Assembly (NCBI GenBank): GCA_963810095.1
Contig: CAWEMM010000012.1
Location: forward strand, 544,001 to 608,000
DNA from: an uncultured Chloroflexia bacterium
GTDB taxonomy: Bacteria > Chloroflexota > Anaerolineae > CG2-30-64-16
Direction of reading: 5' to 3'
DNA length: 64,000 bases
Shown: positions 40,889 to 53,005 of the stretch, piece by piece
Numbering within the stretch: position 1 is the stretch's first letter
Layout of the letters: each line of letters opens with the position of its first letter
Notes under the pieces: model-generated
The model's database searches: none
What the model was told of the DNA's origin: nothing
The model's input: only the letters and a program-made list of their open reading frames with translations
Translations under genes and position numbers: made by a program

Positions 40889-42201
40889 GTGAGAAAAACC
40901 TATCACGTCCCGTACAGCAAGAGCACGATCGAGTTTAGCGTCCCGCCCGGTATGCTCGTCCACACGGCCGCGTCGCAGCCATGCGAGCCCGTGAGCGACG
41001 TGCCCCACGCCATTGCGCAGGCCCTTGCCCAGCCAATCGGTTCGCCGCGCCTGGCCGAGCTGGCTTCGGCGGGCACAGCGGGTGTGCATTGTCTTCACCG
41101 ACATCACCCGCGCGAGCCCCGACCACCTGCTCGTGCCGCCGCTGCTGGCCGAGCTCGAGCTGGCCGGCGTGCGGGACGAAGACATTACCCTGCTCTGCGG
41201 CATTGGGATGCACCGGCCTTCGACCCCGGCTGAGAAGATCGTCAAGCTCGGCGCGGAGATCGTGGCCCGCTACCGGGTGATCGACAACGAGCCCACTGAC
41301 CCTACTGCGCTCGTGGACCTCGGCGTGACCCCGAACGGCGTCCCCGTCCAGGTGCACCGGGCGGCAGCCGAGGCCGATCTCCTCATTGCAACGGGCATCG
41401 TCGAGCCACACCAGTATGCCGGCTACTCCGGCGGGCGCAAAACGCTGGCCGTCGGCGCGGCGGGCGAGCCGCTCATCGCGCATTCGCACGGACCCGCGTT
41501 TGTGGACCACCCCGGCACGCGCCTGGGCCAGATCGAAGGCAATCCCTTCCACGAGGCCATCACCGAGGCCGCCCGCCGCGCCAACCTGCGCTTCATCATT
41601 AACGTGGTGCTGGACGACGACAAGCGGGTGCTGAAGGTGGCCGCGGGTGCGACCGAGCCGGCGTTTGAGGCGCTGGTCGCGTTCGCCCGTTCGGTCTACG
41701 AGGTCGCCGGTGCCCCGCCAGTATGACATCGCGGTGGGCGGCGTGGGCTTCCCGAAAGACTGCAACCTCTACCAGGCCAGCCGGGCCCCCACCTACCTGT
41801 TCTTCGCGCCGACGCCCGTCGTGCGTTCCGGCGGCTTCCTGATCATCCCCGCCCGCTGTGAGGAAGGTGCGGGTGCAGGGCTGGGCGAGCAGCGTTTTCT
41901 CGCCGCCATGCGCGATGCGCCCAACATCCAGTGGATTTTGGACGACGCCCGCGCGCACGGCTACCCGCCCGGGCAGCAGCGAGCTTTCGTGCTCGCCAAG
42001 ACGCTGGAGCAGGCTAAGGTCGTGATCGTCGGCAGCGAATGCCCCGACCTGGTGGCGGACTGCAAGATGATTCCGGCCGCCACGATGGACGAGGCGTTCG
42101 CGATGGCCAGCGCCGCGCTGGGAAGCGACGCCAGCGTGCTGGTCGTGCCGCACGCCATGCTGACCCTGCCCGTCGTCACGCGTGGGCTTGCGGGGGCATA
42201 G
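40889..42201 (+). CDS. larA: Nickel-pincer-dependent lactate racemase (LarA) family protein, two frameshifts
   Basis: DITRASP, GMHR, EPHQYAGYSGGRK, NPFHE, NLYQA, CEEGAG. Confidence 0.87.
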
Positions 42202-42211
42202 GGGACTGCGA

Positions 42212-43232
42212 ATGACAAAGTCACGCCTCATGCCGGCGCTCCAGATCACCCGCCCGCGCACGTTTGTGCCGGTCGAGGTGCCCATCCCGACGCCCGAGTC
42301 CGTGTCCGTCCCGGCGATCCTCGTCCGGACCTTCTGTGTCTCGCTGTGTGGCAGCGACATCCCGAAGTTCACCGGCAGCAAGCGCCTGTTCGGCTATCCG
42401 CTGCCGCCGGGGTCCAGCGCCCACGAGTGCCTGGGCCAGGTCGTCGAAAGCACCTCTGACCAATTTGCGCCCGGGGAGTGGGTCATCGCGCTGCCCGAGA
42501 GCGACAAGGGGCTGGCGCAGTACTTCGTCGCGCAGGCCGCCAAGGCCGTCAAGCTGCCGTCCGACTTGGCGACCGCAGAAGAAAACACGCTGATCCAGCC
42601 GCTCTCGACCGTGCATCAGCGCGGCGGACCGTCTGCCGCCCGTTGCGGGCAAATCCGTCGCGGTCGTGGGCCTGGGCTCCATCGGGCTCATGTTCTGCTG
42701 GCTGCTGCGCCAGCAGGGTGCGGCCAGGATCATGGGGATCGACCCTTGCGAGTCACGGTGCGAACTGGCGCTGCAGTTCGGTGCGACAGACGTGCGGCCG
42801 GCGCGGAGCCTCGAAGTGGTGCACGCGGCCCGGCAGAGCCCGCAGCAGTGGGAACAGCCCGACATCATCGTGGAGGCGGTCGGCCACAACACCGAGACCA
42901 TCAACGACTGCTTCGAACTGGTCAAGCGCCGGGGGACGGTCCTCGCGTTCGGCGTGCCCGACCAAAACGTTTATCCGATCGAATACGAAAGCTTCTTTCG
43001 CAAGAACGCTCATTTGATAGCCGCGGTCACTCCCGACTGGAGCCCGTACCTGCTCAAGGCACGCGATCTGTTCCTGTCCTGCCGCAACGAGTTACGACCG
43101 CTGATCACCCATCATTTCTCAATCCTGGAGGCCGGCGCGGCCTATACAATGTACGAGCGGCACGCAGCGGGCATCATCAAGCCCCTGCTGGACGCCTCGT
43201 GCTGGGAGCTTTCGGGCGAATGCGCCGGCTGA
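42212..43232 (+). CDS. Zinc-binding (MDR) dehydrogenase, frameshift near 42620
   Basis: LCGSD, HECLG, GLGSIG, IVEAVG. Confidence 0.85.
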
Positions 43233-43271
43233 ACCGGAGCGATGCGCCGAACCATTTCGGCGGGGAGCGGT

Positions 43272-44565
43272 ATGACAGCCATCGACATGCTTGAGCGGCC
43301 ACCCGAGTCCGCCTATCTCAACTGCATCAAGTGCGGGCTTTGCCTCGCGGTCTGCCCCACCTACCGGGAGGCCATGACCGAGACCCAATCACCCCGCGGC
43401 CGCGTCATCATGGCCCGCAAGGGACTGGAAGGCGAGCTGGAACTGGGCACGGGCTTGACCGATCAGATGTACACCTGCTTTGCCTGCATGGCGTGCAACG
43501 AGATTTGCCCGGTCGGGATCAAGCCGGCCGACCTCGCGCTTGCCATGCGCAACATCGAAGACCGGGCGCGACCCCGCTGGTGGAAGAAGCCCCTTTTCGA
43601 GGCCCTGCTGCCGCATCCGGCCCGCATGGAAGCGGCCATGCTGCCCCTGCGGCTGTACCAATTGTTGGGGGTCCGCAAGCTGGCTTATGCGACCGGCGCG
43701 ACGCGGCTGCTGCCGTCACAGCTGCGCGACATGGAATCGCAGCTGCCCCATCTGCCGCAACGCCCCTTGCGCCGGGTGCTGCCCGAGACGACCTACCCGA
43801 TGGGCGCTAAGGCCGAACACCGGGTCGGCTTCTTCCTGGGCTGCGCACAGAGCTTGTTGTTTGCCGAAGAGAGCGCGGCGACCGTGCGGGTGCTCGCGCG
43901 CAATGGCTGCACCGTCGATCACCCCGCGCGAGACGCAGTGCTGCGGCATGCCCGCCCGCGGCTACGGCCGGGCCGACCTGGTGCAGGCACAGGCGCGCCA
44001 CAACATCGCACTCTTTGAGCGCCATAACGTCGATGCGATCATTACCGACTGTGCGACGTGCGGCTCGACCCTCAAAGAGTACGGCTCGTTCCTCTCCGGT
44101 CGACGACGAGTGGGCCGGCCGCGCAAAGGCATTCAGCGCCAAGGTCTACGACATCAGCGAGTTTCTGGCGAAAATCCCGCTCGCAGCCACCTACGGGCCG
44201 CGTCGAAGCCTCCGTGACCTACCACGATCCCTGCCATCTGCGCCGCGCGCAAGGGGTGTGGAAGCAGCCGCGCGCAGCTGCTGTCGATGATCGACGGCCT
44301 CGAGCTGCGCGAGATGCCCGCGGCAGACAGCTGCTGCGGCTCGGCCGGCAGCCAGTTGATCAGCCACTACGAGACGTCGCTGAAGGTGCTGAAGCGCAAG
44401 ACGGACAACCTGGCGAAGACCGGCGCGGACATGGTCGCATCCGGCTGTCCGGGCTGCCAGATGCAGCTGAGCGTGGGGATCAAGCGCCAGGGCCTCGACA
44501 TGCAGGTGGTCCATCCGATCGCGCTGCTGGACCAGGCTTACGGAGGCAACGATGGCAAACGCTGA
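43272..44565 (+). CDS. glcF: GlcF-like Fe-S oxidoreductase (2x4Fe-4S plus CCG domains), several frameshifts
   Basis: CIKCGLCLAVCPTY, SPRGR, CFACMACNEICP, QCCG, YHDPCHL, CCGSAG, CPGC. Confidence 0.85.
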
Positions 44566-45949
44566 CCGCAGTGGCCCGCACGCCGGCCTGGCAGCGCGCC
44601 TGGTGGCGATCGTGGGCCAGGACGGAGTCTTAACATCACCCGAGGACATGGTCGCGTACAGCTATGACGGCACCTTTGTCGAGAGCCGTCCCGACGTCGT
44701 GGTGCTGCCCCGCAGCACGGACGAGGTGAGCCGCATCGTCAGGCTGGCGGGCGAGCTGCACACGCCGATCGTCCCGCGCGGCATGGGCTCGGGGCTGGCG
44801 GCTGCGTCCGTGCCCGTGGGCGGCGGCATCGTCGTGTGCCTCACCCGCATGAACCGCATCCTCGAGATCGACACTGCAAATGCAACCGTGCGCACCGAGG
44901 CCGGCGTGATCACGGCCGAGCTGCAGGCCGAGGTCGAGAAGCTCGGCCTCTTCTACCCGCCCGACCCCTCGAGCATCCGCCACTCGACCATCGGCGGGAA
45001 TATCGCCTGCAACGCCGGCGGGCCGCGCTGCCTCAAGTACGGCGTGACGGGCGATTACGTCATGGGCTTGACGGTGGTGCTGGCCGACGGCGGTGTCATG
45101 CGCACCGGCGGCAAGCCTGTCAAGGACGTGACCGGCTACGACATGAATGGCCTCTTCACGGGGTCCGAGGGCACCTTAGGCATCATTACCGAGGCCCTTC
45201 TGCGCCTGGTTGCCAAGCCGCGTTTCGCCCGCACCGGGCTTGTGGAGTTCGCCAGCCTGGACGACGCGTCGGCCGCGGTCAATGCCATCCTGTCTGCCGG
45301 CATCGTGCCCGCCACGCTCGAGCTCATGGACCAGACCGCCATCATCTGCGTCGAAGAAGCGATGCACCTGGGGCTGGCGACCGACGTCGAGGCGAGCCTG
45401 ATCGTGGAGACGGACGGCTCGGACGAGCAGACGGTGCTGCGCGAGATCGAGGCAGCCGCGGCCATCTGCACCCGGTCGGGCGCACGCTCGGTCAAGATCG
45501 CGCAGAGCGAGGCCGAGCGGGCCGCGCTGTGGCGGGCCCGCCGCTCCATCTCGCCTGCGCTCGGGCGGCGCGCGCCCAACAAGCTGGGCGAGGACATCAC
45601 GGTGCCGCGCTCCGCCATCCCGGAAGCCGCGCGGCGGCTGCGCGCGATCAGCGAAAAGCACGGTCTGCCCATCGTGATTTTCGGCCATGCAGGCGACGGC
45701 AACTTGCACCCCAACATCCTGTTTGACAAGCGTGATCCGCAGCAGTGGGCCACGGTCGAGGAGATGGTCAAGGAGGTCTTCGCACTGTCGCTCGATCTGG
45801 GCGGTACGCTGTCGGGCGAGCACGGCGTCGGCGTCCTGAAGCGCCCGTACCTGGAGGACGCGCTCGGCCCCGTCTCGATCGGCGTGCAGCGCAAGATCAA
45901 GCAAGCCCTCGACCCGGAGAACATTTTCAACCCAGGCAAGATCTGGTAG
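44552..45949 (+). CDS. glcD: GlcD-like FAD-linked 2-hydroxyacid dehydrogenase
   Basis: [51 protein letters not shown]. Confidence 0.9.
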   Translation: MANADRSGPHAGLAARLVAIVGQDGVLTSPEDMVAYSYDGTFVESRPDVVVLPRSTDEVSRIVRLAGELHTPIVPRGMGSGLAAASVPVGGGIVVCLTRMNRILEIDTANATVRTEAGVITAELQAEVEKLGLFYPPDPSSIRHSTIGGNIACNAGGPRCLKYGVTGDYVMGLTVVLADGGVMRTGGKPVKDVTGYDMNGLFTGSEGTLGIITEALLRLVAKPRFARTGLVEFASLDDASAAVNAILSAGIVPATLELMDQTAIICVEEAMHLGLATDVEASLIVETDGSDEQTVLREIEAAAAICTRSGARSVKIAQSEAERAALWRARRSISPALGRRAPNKLGEDITVPRSAIPEAARRLRAISEKHGLPIVIFGHAGDGNLHPNILFDKRDPQQWATVEEMVKEVFALSLDLGGTLSGEHGVGVLKRPYLEDALGPVSIGVQRKIKQALDPENIFNPGKIW

Positions 45950-45962
45950 GGGAGCAAGCGTC

Positions 45963-46029
45963 AACACAAACACAAAGCCACGGAGGAGCTGCCCATCCGC
46001 TCGTCTTCGTGTCTTCGTGCCTTTGTGTT
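45963..46029. repeat. Family A palindromic repeat
   Basis: AACACAAACACAAAGCCACGGAG ... CTTCGTGTCTTCGTGCCTTTGTGTT. Confidence 0.78.
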
Positions 46030-46092
46030 CAGCGCGGCTCTCCCACTCACCCACATACCATGAGAATCAATTGACACCCAATGGAGGGAGAG

Positions 46093-48363
46093 ATGCGTAA
46101 AGTAACGCCCGAAGATGCCCTGGAGTATCACAAGCTTGGCGGCAGACCCGGCAAGTTGGCGATCACACCGACCAAGCCCATGTCGACGCAGTACGACCTG
46201 GCGCTGGCCTACACGCCCGGCGTCGCGGTGCCGGTGCTGGAAATCGCAAAGAATGCCGACCTGGCCTACGACTATACGGCCAAGGGTAACCTTGTGGCCG
46301 TGGTCACGAATGGCACCGCCATCCTGGGCCTGGGCGACCGCGGCGCGTTGGCGTCCAAGCCCGTCATGGAAGGCAAGGCGGTCCTCTTCAAGAAGTTCGC
46401 CGACGTCGACGTCTTCGATATTGAGTTGGACACCCACGACCCCGAGATCATCATCCAGACGGTCAAAGCGCTCGCGCCAACCTTCGGGGGCATCAACCTG
46501 GAGGACATCAAGGCGCCCGAGTGCTTCTACGTCGAGGAAACGCTGCGGGCGGCGTTGGACATCCCCGTGTTTCACGACGACCAGCACGGCACCGCGATCA
46601 TCTCGGGCGCGGCCTTACTGAACGGGCTGGAGATCGTCGGCAAGCGAATCGAGGACGTGCGGGTGGTCATTTCCGGCGCCGGCGCCGCGGCCATCTCGTG
46701 CGGCGAGCACATGGTGCGCCTGGGCGTGCGCCGGGAGCATATCCTGCTCGTCGACTCGAAGGGCGTCGTGTACCGGGGCCGCACCGAGGGCATGAACAGC
46801 TACAAGGCGCGCTTCGCCGTCGAGACAGGCGCTCGCACGCTGGCGGATGCCTGCCGCGGCGCCGACGTCTTCTACGGCCTGTCGGCTGCCGACGTGCTCA
46901 AGCCCGAAATGCTGCTGACGATGGCCGAACGGCCGCTCGTCTTTGCCATGGCCAACCCCGACCCGGAAATCCGCTACGACCTGGCGCGCGCCACCCGGCC
47001 CGACGCGATCATCGCGACCGGCCGCTCGGACTACCCGAACCAGATCAACAACGTGCTCGGGTTCCCGTTCATCTTCCGGGGCGCGCTCGACGTTCAGGCG
47101 CGGGCGATCAACGAGGAGATGAAGGTGGCGGCCACGCACGCGCTCGCACAGCTGACCCGGGAGGACGTGCCCGACAGCGTGCTGCGCGCCTACGGACTGG
47201 ACAGCCTGCGCTTCGGCCCCGACTACATCGTGCCGAAGCCGCTCGACCCCCGGCTGATCGAGTGCCTGCCGCCGGCCATCGCCAAGGCCGCCATGGAGAC
47301 GGGCGCGGCCCGCAAGCAGATCGACCTCGACGAGTACCGCGAGCAGCTCGCGGTGCGCCTGGGCAAGGGCGAGCAGGTGCGCCATTTCCTGACCCACTGC
47401 GCGCAGCGGTCGGGCGGCACGAAACGCATCGTGTTTGCCGAGGGCGAGGAGCCCAAGATCCTGCGCGCGGCCGTCCGCCTCGTGCACGAGCAGATCGCGC
47501 TGCCGGTGCTGCTGGGCCGGCCGGACGTGATCCATCGCGAGTTGGAGCGGCTGGGGCTGGAGTGCTGTGCGGAGGTCGTGGATCCCAGCGATTGCGGGCG
47601 CCACGAGGCATACGCCCAGGCGTACTACGAGCTACGCCGGCGCAAGGGCGTCACGCGGGCTGAGGCGCAGCGGCTGATGCGCGACCCGAACGTCCTCGCA
47701 CCCATGATGGTCAAGATGGGCGAGGCCGACGCTGCCGTTTCCGGGCTCAGCCACCATTACCCCGAAGTCATCCGGCCTGCGCTCCAGATCCACCACACCG
47801 GACCCGGCACCCACCTCGTCGCCGGCGTATACCTGATGATCGTCACCGACGGGCTGGGCCGCCAGCGCCCCTACCTGTTCACCGATACGACCGTGAACAT
47901 CGATCCGTCGGCCGAAGACCTGGCCGACATTGCCTGTCTGGCGGCCGATTTCGCGCGGCGGCTGGGGCTCGAGCCGCGGGTGGCCATGTTGTCGTTCTCC
48001 AACTTCGGCAGCACGCGGCATCCGTTTGCCGAGAAGGTGCAGCGGGCGGTTGCATTGGTGCGTGAGCGCTGCCCGGGGCTCGCCGTCGACGGCGAGATGC
48101 AGGCGGACACGGCCGTCGTGCCTGAGCTGATCGACGAGCGGTTCCCGTTCAGCCAGGTGAAGGATGCCAATGTGCTCGTGTTCCCGTCGCTCGACGCGGC
48201 GAACGTGGCCTACAAGCTGCTGGCGCGACTGGGCAACGCGGAGGCCATCGGGCCGATCCTCCTCGGCATGGGTGCGCCCATCCACGTGCTGCAGGCCGGC
48301 GACGACGTGCGCGATATCGTCGACATTGCGGCGGTCGCGGTGATGGACGCGATGGGCTGCTAA
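46093..48363 (+). CDS. maeB: NADP-dependent malic enzyme fused to a phosphotransacetylase-like domain
   Basis: [54 protein letters not shown]. Confidence 0.95.
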   Translation: MRKVTPEDALEYHKLGGRPGKLAITPTKPMSTQYDLALAYTPGVAVPVLEIAKNADLAYDYTAKGNLVAVVTNGTAILGLGDRGALASKPVMEGKAVLFKKFADVDVFDIELDTHDPEIIIQTVKALAPTFGGINLEDIKAPECFYVEETLRAALDIPVFHDDQHGTAIISGAALLNGLEIVGKRIEDVRVVISGAGAAAISCGEHMVRLGVRREHILLVDSKGVVYRGRTEGMNSYKARFAVETGARTLADACRGADVFYGLSAADVLKPEMLLTMAERPLVFAMANPDPEIRYDLARATRPDAIIATGRSDYPNQINNVLGFPFIFRGALDVQARAINEEMKVAATHALAQLTREDVPDSVLRAYGLDSLRFGPDYIVPKPLDPRLIECLPPAIAKAAMETGAARKQIDLDEYREQLAVRLGKGEQVRHFLTHCAQRSGGTKRIVFAEGEEPKILRAAVRLVHEQIALPVLLGRPDVIHRELERLGLECCAEVVDPSDCGRHEAYAQAYYELRRRKGVTRAEAQRLMRDPNVLAPMMVKMGEADAAVSGLSHHYPEVIRPALQIHHTGPGTHLVAGVYLMIVTDGLGRQRPYLFTDTTVNIDPSAEDLADIACLAADFARRLGLEPRVAMLSFSNFGSTRHPFAEKVQRAVALVRERCPGLAVDGEMQADTAVVPELIDERFPFSQVKDANVLVFPSLDAANVAYKLLARLGNAEAIGPILLGMGAPIHVLQAGDDVRDIVDIAAVAVMDAMGC

Positions 48364-48381
48364 GAAGCGCAATCCCAGCCA

Positions 48382-48426
48382 AATAATGAAGAAGCGCAGG
48401 CCGGCGGCCTGCGCTTCTTCATTATT
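48382..48426. terminator. Bidirectional terminator between maeB and glgE
   Basis: Perfect 21-bp inverted repeat AATAATGAAGAAGCGCAGGCC with 3-nt loop. Confidence 0.75.
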
Positions 48427-50441
48427 GGTAATAGTCGAAGTCGTGTTCCGTTCGCACCCTACGCCGGATCACGAAGATGTGTGCGGGCACGCCCCCCGGG
48501 TCGAGCTCCACGTAGTTGTGCGCCCCGTGCCATAAGTAGCGCGAGTCGGTCAACAGGTCGTGCACCTGGAAGGGCTGCCACGGGTCGAGCCGCATCTCGT
48601 CCAGCGGGAGATTGACGAAGCCTGACTGCCGGTAGTGCGGGTCAAGGTTGACCATCACCAACACTTCGTTCGCGCCATCCGCGCTCGTCTTCGAGTAGGC
48701 GATGATCTGCTCGTTGCTGACATCATGGAAGCGCAGGTTGTGGTTCACCTGGAAAGCCGGGTTCTCGCGCCGGATCTGGTTGACGCGGGCAATGAGGCCG
48801 TGAAGGCTGCCCGGCTGCGCCAAGTCCCACGTGCGAATCTGGTACTTCTCCGAATCCAGGTACTCCTCTTTGCCGGGCGCAACGGCCCGGTTCTCGCACA
48901 GCTCGTATACCGGCCCGTAGATGCCGTAGGTCGTGCCGAGCGTCGCGGCGAGAACAAAGCGCACGATGTGCGCGGCCCGCCCGCCGTACTGCAGGTACTC
49001 GGTCAGGATATCCGGCGTGTTCGGCCAGAGGCTCGGTCCCAGGTACTCGCTAACCCCCGTACGGGTCAGCTCCGTCAGATACTGCGTGAGCTCCCACTTC
49101 GTGTTGCGCCACGGGAAGTAGTTGTACGACTGGGTGAACCCGATCTTGGCCAGTCGCTGCAGCACCTTCGGCCGCGTAAACGCCTCGGCCAGGAAGATCG
49201 CGTCGGGGCACTCCCGCTTGATCTCCGGGATCAGCCATGCCCAGAACGGGAAAGCCTTCGTGTGGGGGTTATCCACACGGAAGATGCGAATGCCCTGATC
49301 CACCCAAAACTGCACGACGCTCTTCAGCTCGGCCCACAGCTCGCGCCAATTCTCCGTCTCGAAGTCGAAAGGATAGATGTCCTGGTACTTCTTCGGCGGG
49401 TTCTCCGCGTACTGGATCGTGCCGTCGGGCCGCCGGCGAAACCACTCGGGATGCTCCGTGACGTACGGATGGTCAGGCGCGCATTGAAACGCGATGTCAA
49501 GCGCCAGCTCGATGCCGAAGCGGGCCGCGGCATTCACGAGCGCGTGAAAATCGGCCAGCGTTCCCAACTCGGGGTGGATGTCCTTGTGGCCGCCCTCGCC
49601 CAAGGCGCCTGGGTCGCCCCCGATAGCCCACGGGCTGCCCGGGTCAGTCGGTCCGGCAGACCGTGGAGTTGTTCGGCCCCTTGCGGAAGCTGCGCCCGAT
49701 AGGGTGAATCGGGGGCAGGTAGAGCACGTCAAAGCCCATCGAGGCCACATAGGGCAGCCGCGCGATCACGTCGTGGAAGGTGCCGTGCCGGCCGGGAACC
49801 GGCGACGTCGAGCGCGGGAACAGTTCGTACCACGCGCCGAATCGTGCACGGGGCCGGTCGACCACGATGCTGAACGCTTCAGACATGCATGCATAGCGGC
49901 GATCGCCGTAGCGGCGCATCATGCCGGCCAGTTCGGGCGAGAGGGCCCGGCCGATGCCGTCCTGGCCCCCGCCCCGGATCAGCGCCGCGTCCGCTGCAAG
50001 CTGCGCCGCGTCCGCGCCATCCGCGTTCTGGCTTGCCGCGCCGATGAGACCCGCGCCAATGACCAGGTCGACCGCGACGTCCTGGCCCGCGTTGACCCGC
50101 TTGGCCAGGTCGCGCGCCCAGGTCTTGAAGTGGTCGACCCACCCGCAGACGGCGAACACGGACACGCCAACCTCAGTTACGGCAAACGCGCCGCGCCAGC
50201 GGTCGCCGCTCTGGCCCGTGCCGACCAACTGCTCCATCAGCACGTGGGGCCATTCTTGCCGCGGCTGTCCCTCGCGGCCATAGAACACCGCGCAGGATAT
50301 GGCATCGTGGCCGTCAGTGAACACGTCGGCCTCCACGACGACGACGTCGCCGACGATGCGCTTAACCGGAAACTCACCGTCGTCTACCCGCGGCGTCACG
50401 TCTTCGATGATCACCCGCGACCTACCGTCTTCGATCGGCAT
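48422..50441 (-). CDS. glgE: Alpha-1,4-glucan:maltose-1-phosphate maltosyltransferase (frameshift near 49660)
   Basis: WYELFPRS, YLPPIHPIG, YAENPPKKYQDIYP, FRVDNPHTK, FLAEAFTRP. Confidence 0.93.
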
Positions 50442-50475
50442 GTTCCATCCCTCCCTTCAGACCACTCCGCCCGCC

Positions 50476-51720
50476 TTACAACGACCGGTACAATGCCAAC
50501 GTCCGCTCGGCAATCGCCGTCCAGCTAAAGTGCTCCTCCACGCGCCGCCGCCCGTTCCGGCCGTACTGCTCGGCCAGCGCGGGGTCCAGTGCCACCGCGT
50601 TGATTCCCTCGGCCAGCGCCCGGGAGTATCGCGCCGCGTCCACCGGCTCGAACGTCCCCGGCTTCAGCTCAAGGTCGACCAACAGGCCCGTCGGGTCAAG
50701 CCCCGCTTGACCTGGGGGCACCACCACCTCGGGGATGCCGCCGATCGCGGACGCCACCACCGCCGTGTCACACGCCATCGCTTCCAGGTTGATGATGCCG
50801 AACGGCTCATACACCGAGGGACAGCAGAACACCGCCGCATTCGAGTAGTACTGGATGACCTGGTCGCGGGGCAGCATTTCCTGGATCCAGATGACGGGCG
50901 CACCGCCCGCGGTCTGTCGCGCCGCGCTGACCTCCGCCACCCGCGCTGCCATCTCCCGGCCGATCTCCGGCGTGTCGGGCGCACCCGCACAAAGCACGAT
51001 CTGGAGCGAGGGATCGATCTCGGGGATCGCATTGACCAGGTGAATAATGCCCTTCTGCCGGGTGATCCGTCCCACGAATAACACGAACGGCCGGTCAGGG
51101 TCTACCCCCCTGGATACGAGCGCGTCCACTACTGGAGTCTTGCGGTACTCGGCCAGGTCAATCCCATTGTGGATCACCTTGACCCTGTCGGGGTCCACAC
51201 CCGGAAAACAGCGCAGTACGTCGTTGCGCGTCTCCTGCGACACGGCGATAACCGCATCCGCATCCAGGATCCCGTTGCGCTCGATCCATGCACTGAGGTG
51301 ATACGCATTCCCGAGCTGCTCCACTTTCCACGGCCGCAGCGGCTCGAGCGAGTGCGTCGTCAATACAAATGGGATGCCCCACAGCTTCTTGGCCAGGAAG
51401 CCGGCAAACTGCACGTACCAGGTGTGGCAGTGGACGACACTGGCGTCCAACTGGTCCTTCGCCATGGCCAGGCTGCGGTACATCGCATCCAGTGCGCCGC
51501 CAAAACGGGGATCCGTGTTCTGCCGCGCCTCCGGCCACGCACCGTAACCCTTCACGCAGAGCTGCGGGCTTTCAACCGTCTGCTCGCCGAAACAGCGAAC
51601 TTCGACCGGCACCAGCCGGGCCAGCTCGCGCGCTAGGTATTCGGCATGGACGCCGGCACCCCCGTAGATGTGTGGAGGATACTCGTTCGTGAAGAGAGCG
51701 ACTTTGCTGATCTCGGGCAT
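50476..51720 (-). CDS. glgA: GT4 glycogen synthase / maltose-1-phosphate synthase (actinobacterial-type GlgA/GlgM)
   Basis: EYPPHIYGGAGVH, HCHTWY, HSLEPLRPWKVEQLG, VGRITRQKG, YEPFGIINLEAMAC. Confidence 0.9.
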   Translation of the reverse strand: MPEISKVALFTNEYPPHIYGGAGVHAEYLARELARLVPVEVRCFGEQTVESPQLCVKGYGAWPEARQNTDPRFGGALDAMYRSLAMAKDQLDASVVHCHTWYVQFAGFLAKKLWGIPFVLTTHSLEPLRPWKVEQLGNAYHLSAWIERNGILDADAVIAVSQETRNDVLRCFPGVDPDRVKVIHNGIDLAEYRKTPVVDALVSRGVDPDRPFVLFVGRITRQKGIIHLVNAIPEIDPSLQIVLCAGAPDTPEIGREMAARVAEVSAARQTAGGAPVIWIQEMLPRDQVIQYYSNAAVFCCPSVYEPFGIINLEAMACDTAVVASAIGGIPEVVVPPGQAGLDPTGLLVDLELKPGTFEPVDAARYSRALAEGINAVALDPALAEQYGRNGRRRVEEHFSWTAIAERTLALYRSL

Positions 51721-51968
51721 GATCTTCTCCTTGCTCAAGCGCGGGTTGAGATGCATCAGCGGGGATTTGAGAAAATAGTATCAAAGGAGCGTGACCTTGG
51801 CAAGCGTTCGCGAGCGAGCAACGCACCCCGAGTGAGCGGGGGAAGGAGGCGACCAAAACGGCGGACGGAGCTCACTGCCGGCAAATTGCTCCCCGAACCC
51901 ATCTCATCTACAATCCAACGCATCCTCGCACGACGGGCTGCATTGCTACAAGACAGGAGTCCTGCCTC

Positions 51969-52878
51969 ATGCACCAACCAGCCGCACCGGTCCCGGCCGC
52001 GCCTGCTACGCCGGGAGCGCTCGAGGCGCACATCGTATCCGAGCTTTGCGCAGCGGCCGGGATCAGGCCGGGCAGTTGGCAGCAGCGCGCGCTCACTGTC
52101 CCGCTGGGCCGGCCCATTAAGAAGGTCGCCCGGCTCTGGAGCGACTTCGACGCAGCCATCGGTCGCGATGGCATCGCCGCCGGGTTCGCCATGCTCGTCA
52201 GCAACTTTGTTCAGGACCCCCATGTCGTGGGACTCGAGAACGTGCCGCCTGAAGGGCCGCTCGTCGTCGCCTCGAACCACCCGGGTGCGTATGACTTCAT
52301 GCTGATCGAGCGCGCTGCTGGGCCGGCGCGACCTGCGCATTATCAGCAGCACGGTTCCCCTCTTCCACAGGATGCCGAACTTCCACGCACACCTGATCGA
52401 GGTCGGCACGACGCCCGAGGAGCGCCGGCTCGCCATCCCCGCGACCGTTCGCCACCTGGAGGACGGCGGCGCAGTGCTGATCTTTCCAAGCGGGCTCGTC
52501 GATCCGGACCCGGACGTGCAGCCGGGCGCACACGACGCACTGGCTACCTGGCGGCCGGGCATCGCCGCGCTCGCCACTCGGGCGCCCGGGGCGGCTGTGG
52601 TGGAAGTGATTGCCAGCGGAATGCTGTCGTCGCGGTGGATCAACAGCCCACTGCTGCGATTTCAGAAAGTCGACTGGCAGCGCCGGAAGCTCGCCGAGAT
52701 GCTCCAGGTGATCCAGCAACTCGTATGGTCTCGGACGCGGAAAATCAGCCCGCGTCTGACATTCGGCCCGGCCGTCACGGGGGAAGCGCTGCGGTGCGAG
52801 GCCGGCTCCGAAAATGTCTTGCCGCTGCTCATCGCACGCGCCCAGGCACTGCTGGGGCAGCACATGGCGCCGGTTTAG
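51969..52878 (+). CDS. Lysophospholipid acyltransferase (PlsC-like), frameshifted near 52330
   Basis: VASNHPGAYD, LIFPSG. Confidence 0.75.
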
Positions 52879-53005
52879 ACCGGCATTCTGCTCGAGTCAG
52901 ATATGTTCGGCCGGCAAACAGCACGGAGCCTCGCAAGGCGCGAGACCTCCGCCCGCTAACGTGAGGGTGTCAGCGGGCGGAGCGCAAACAGGTATGTGGC
53001 AGGCG

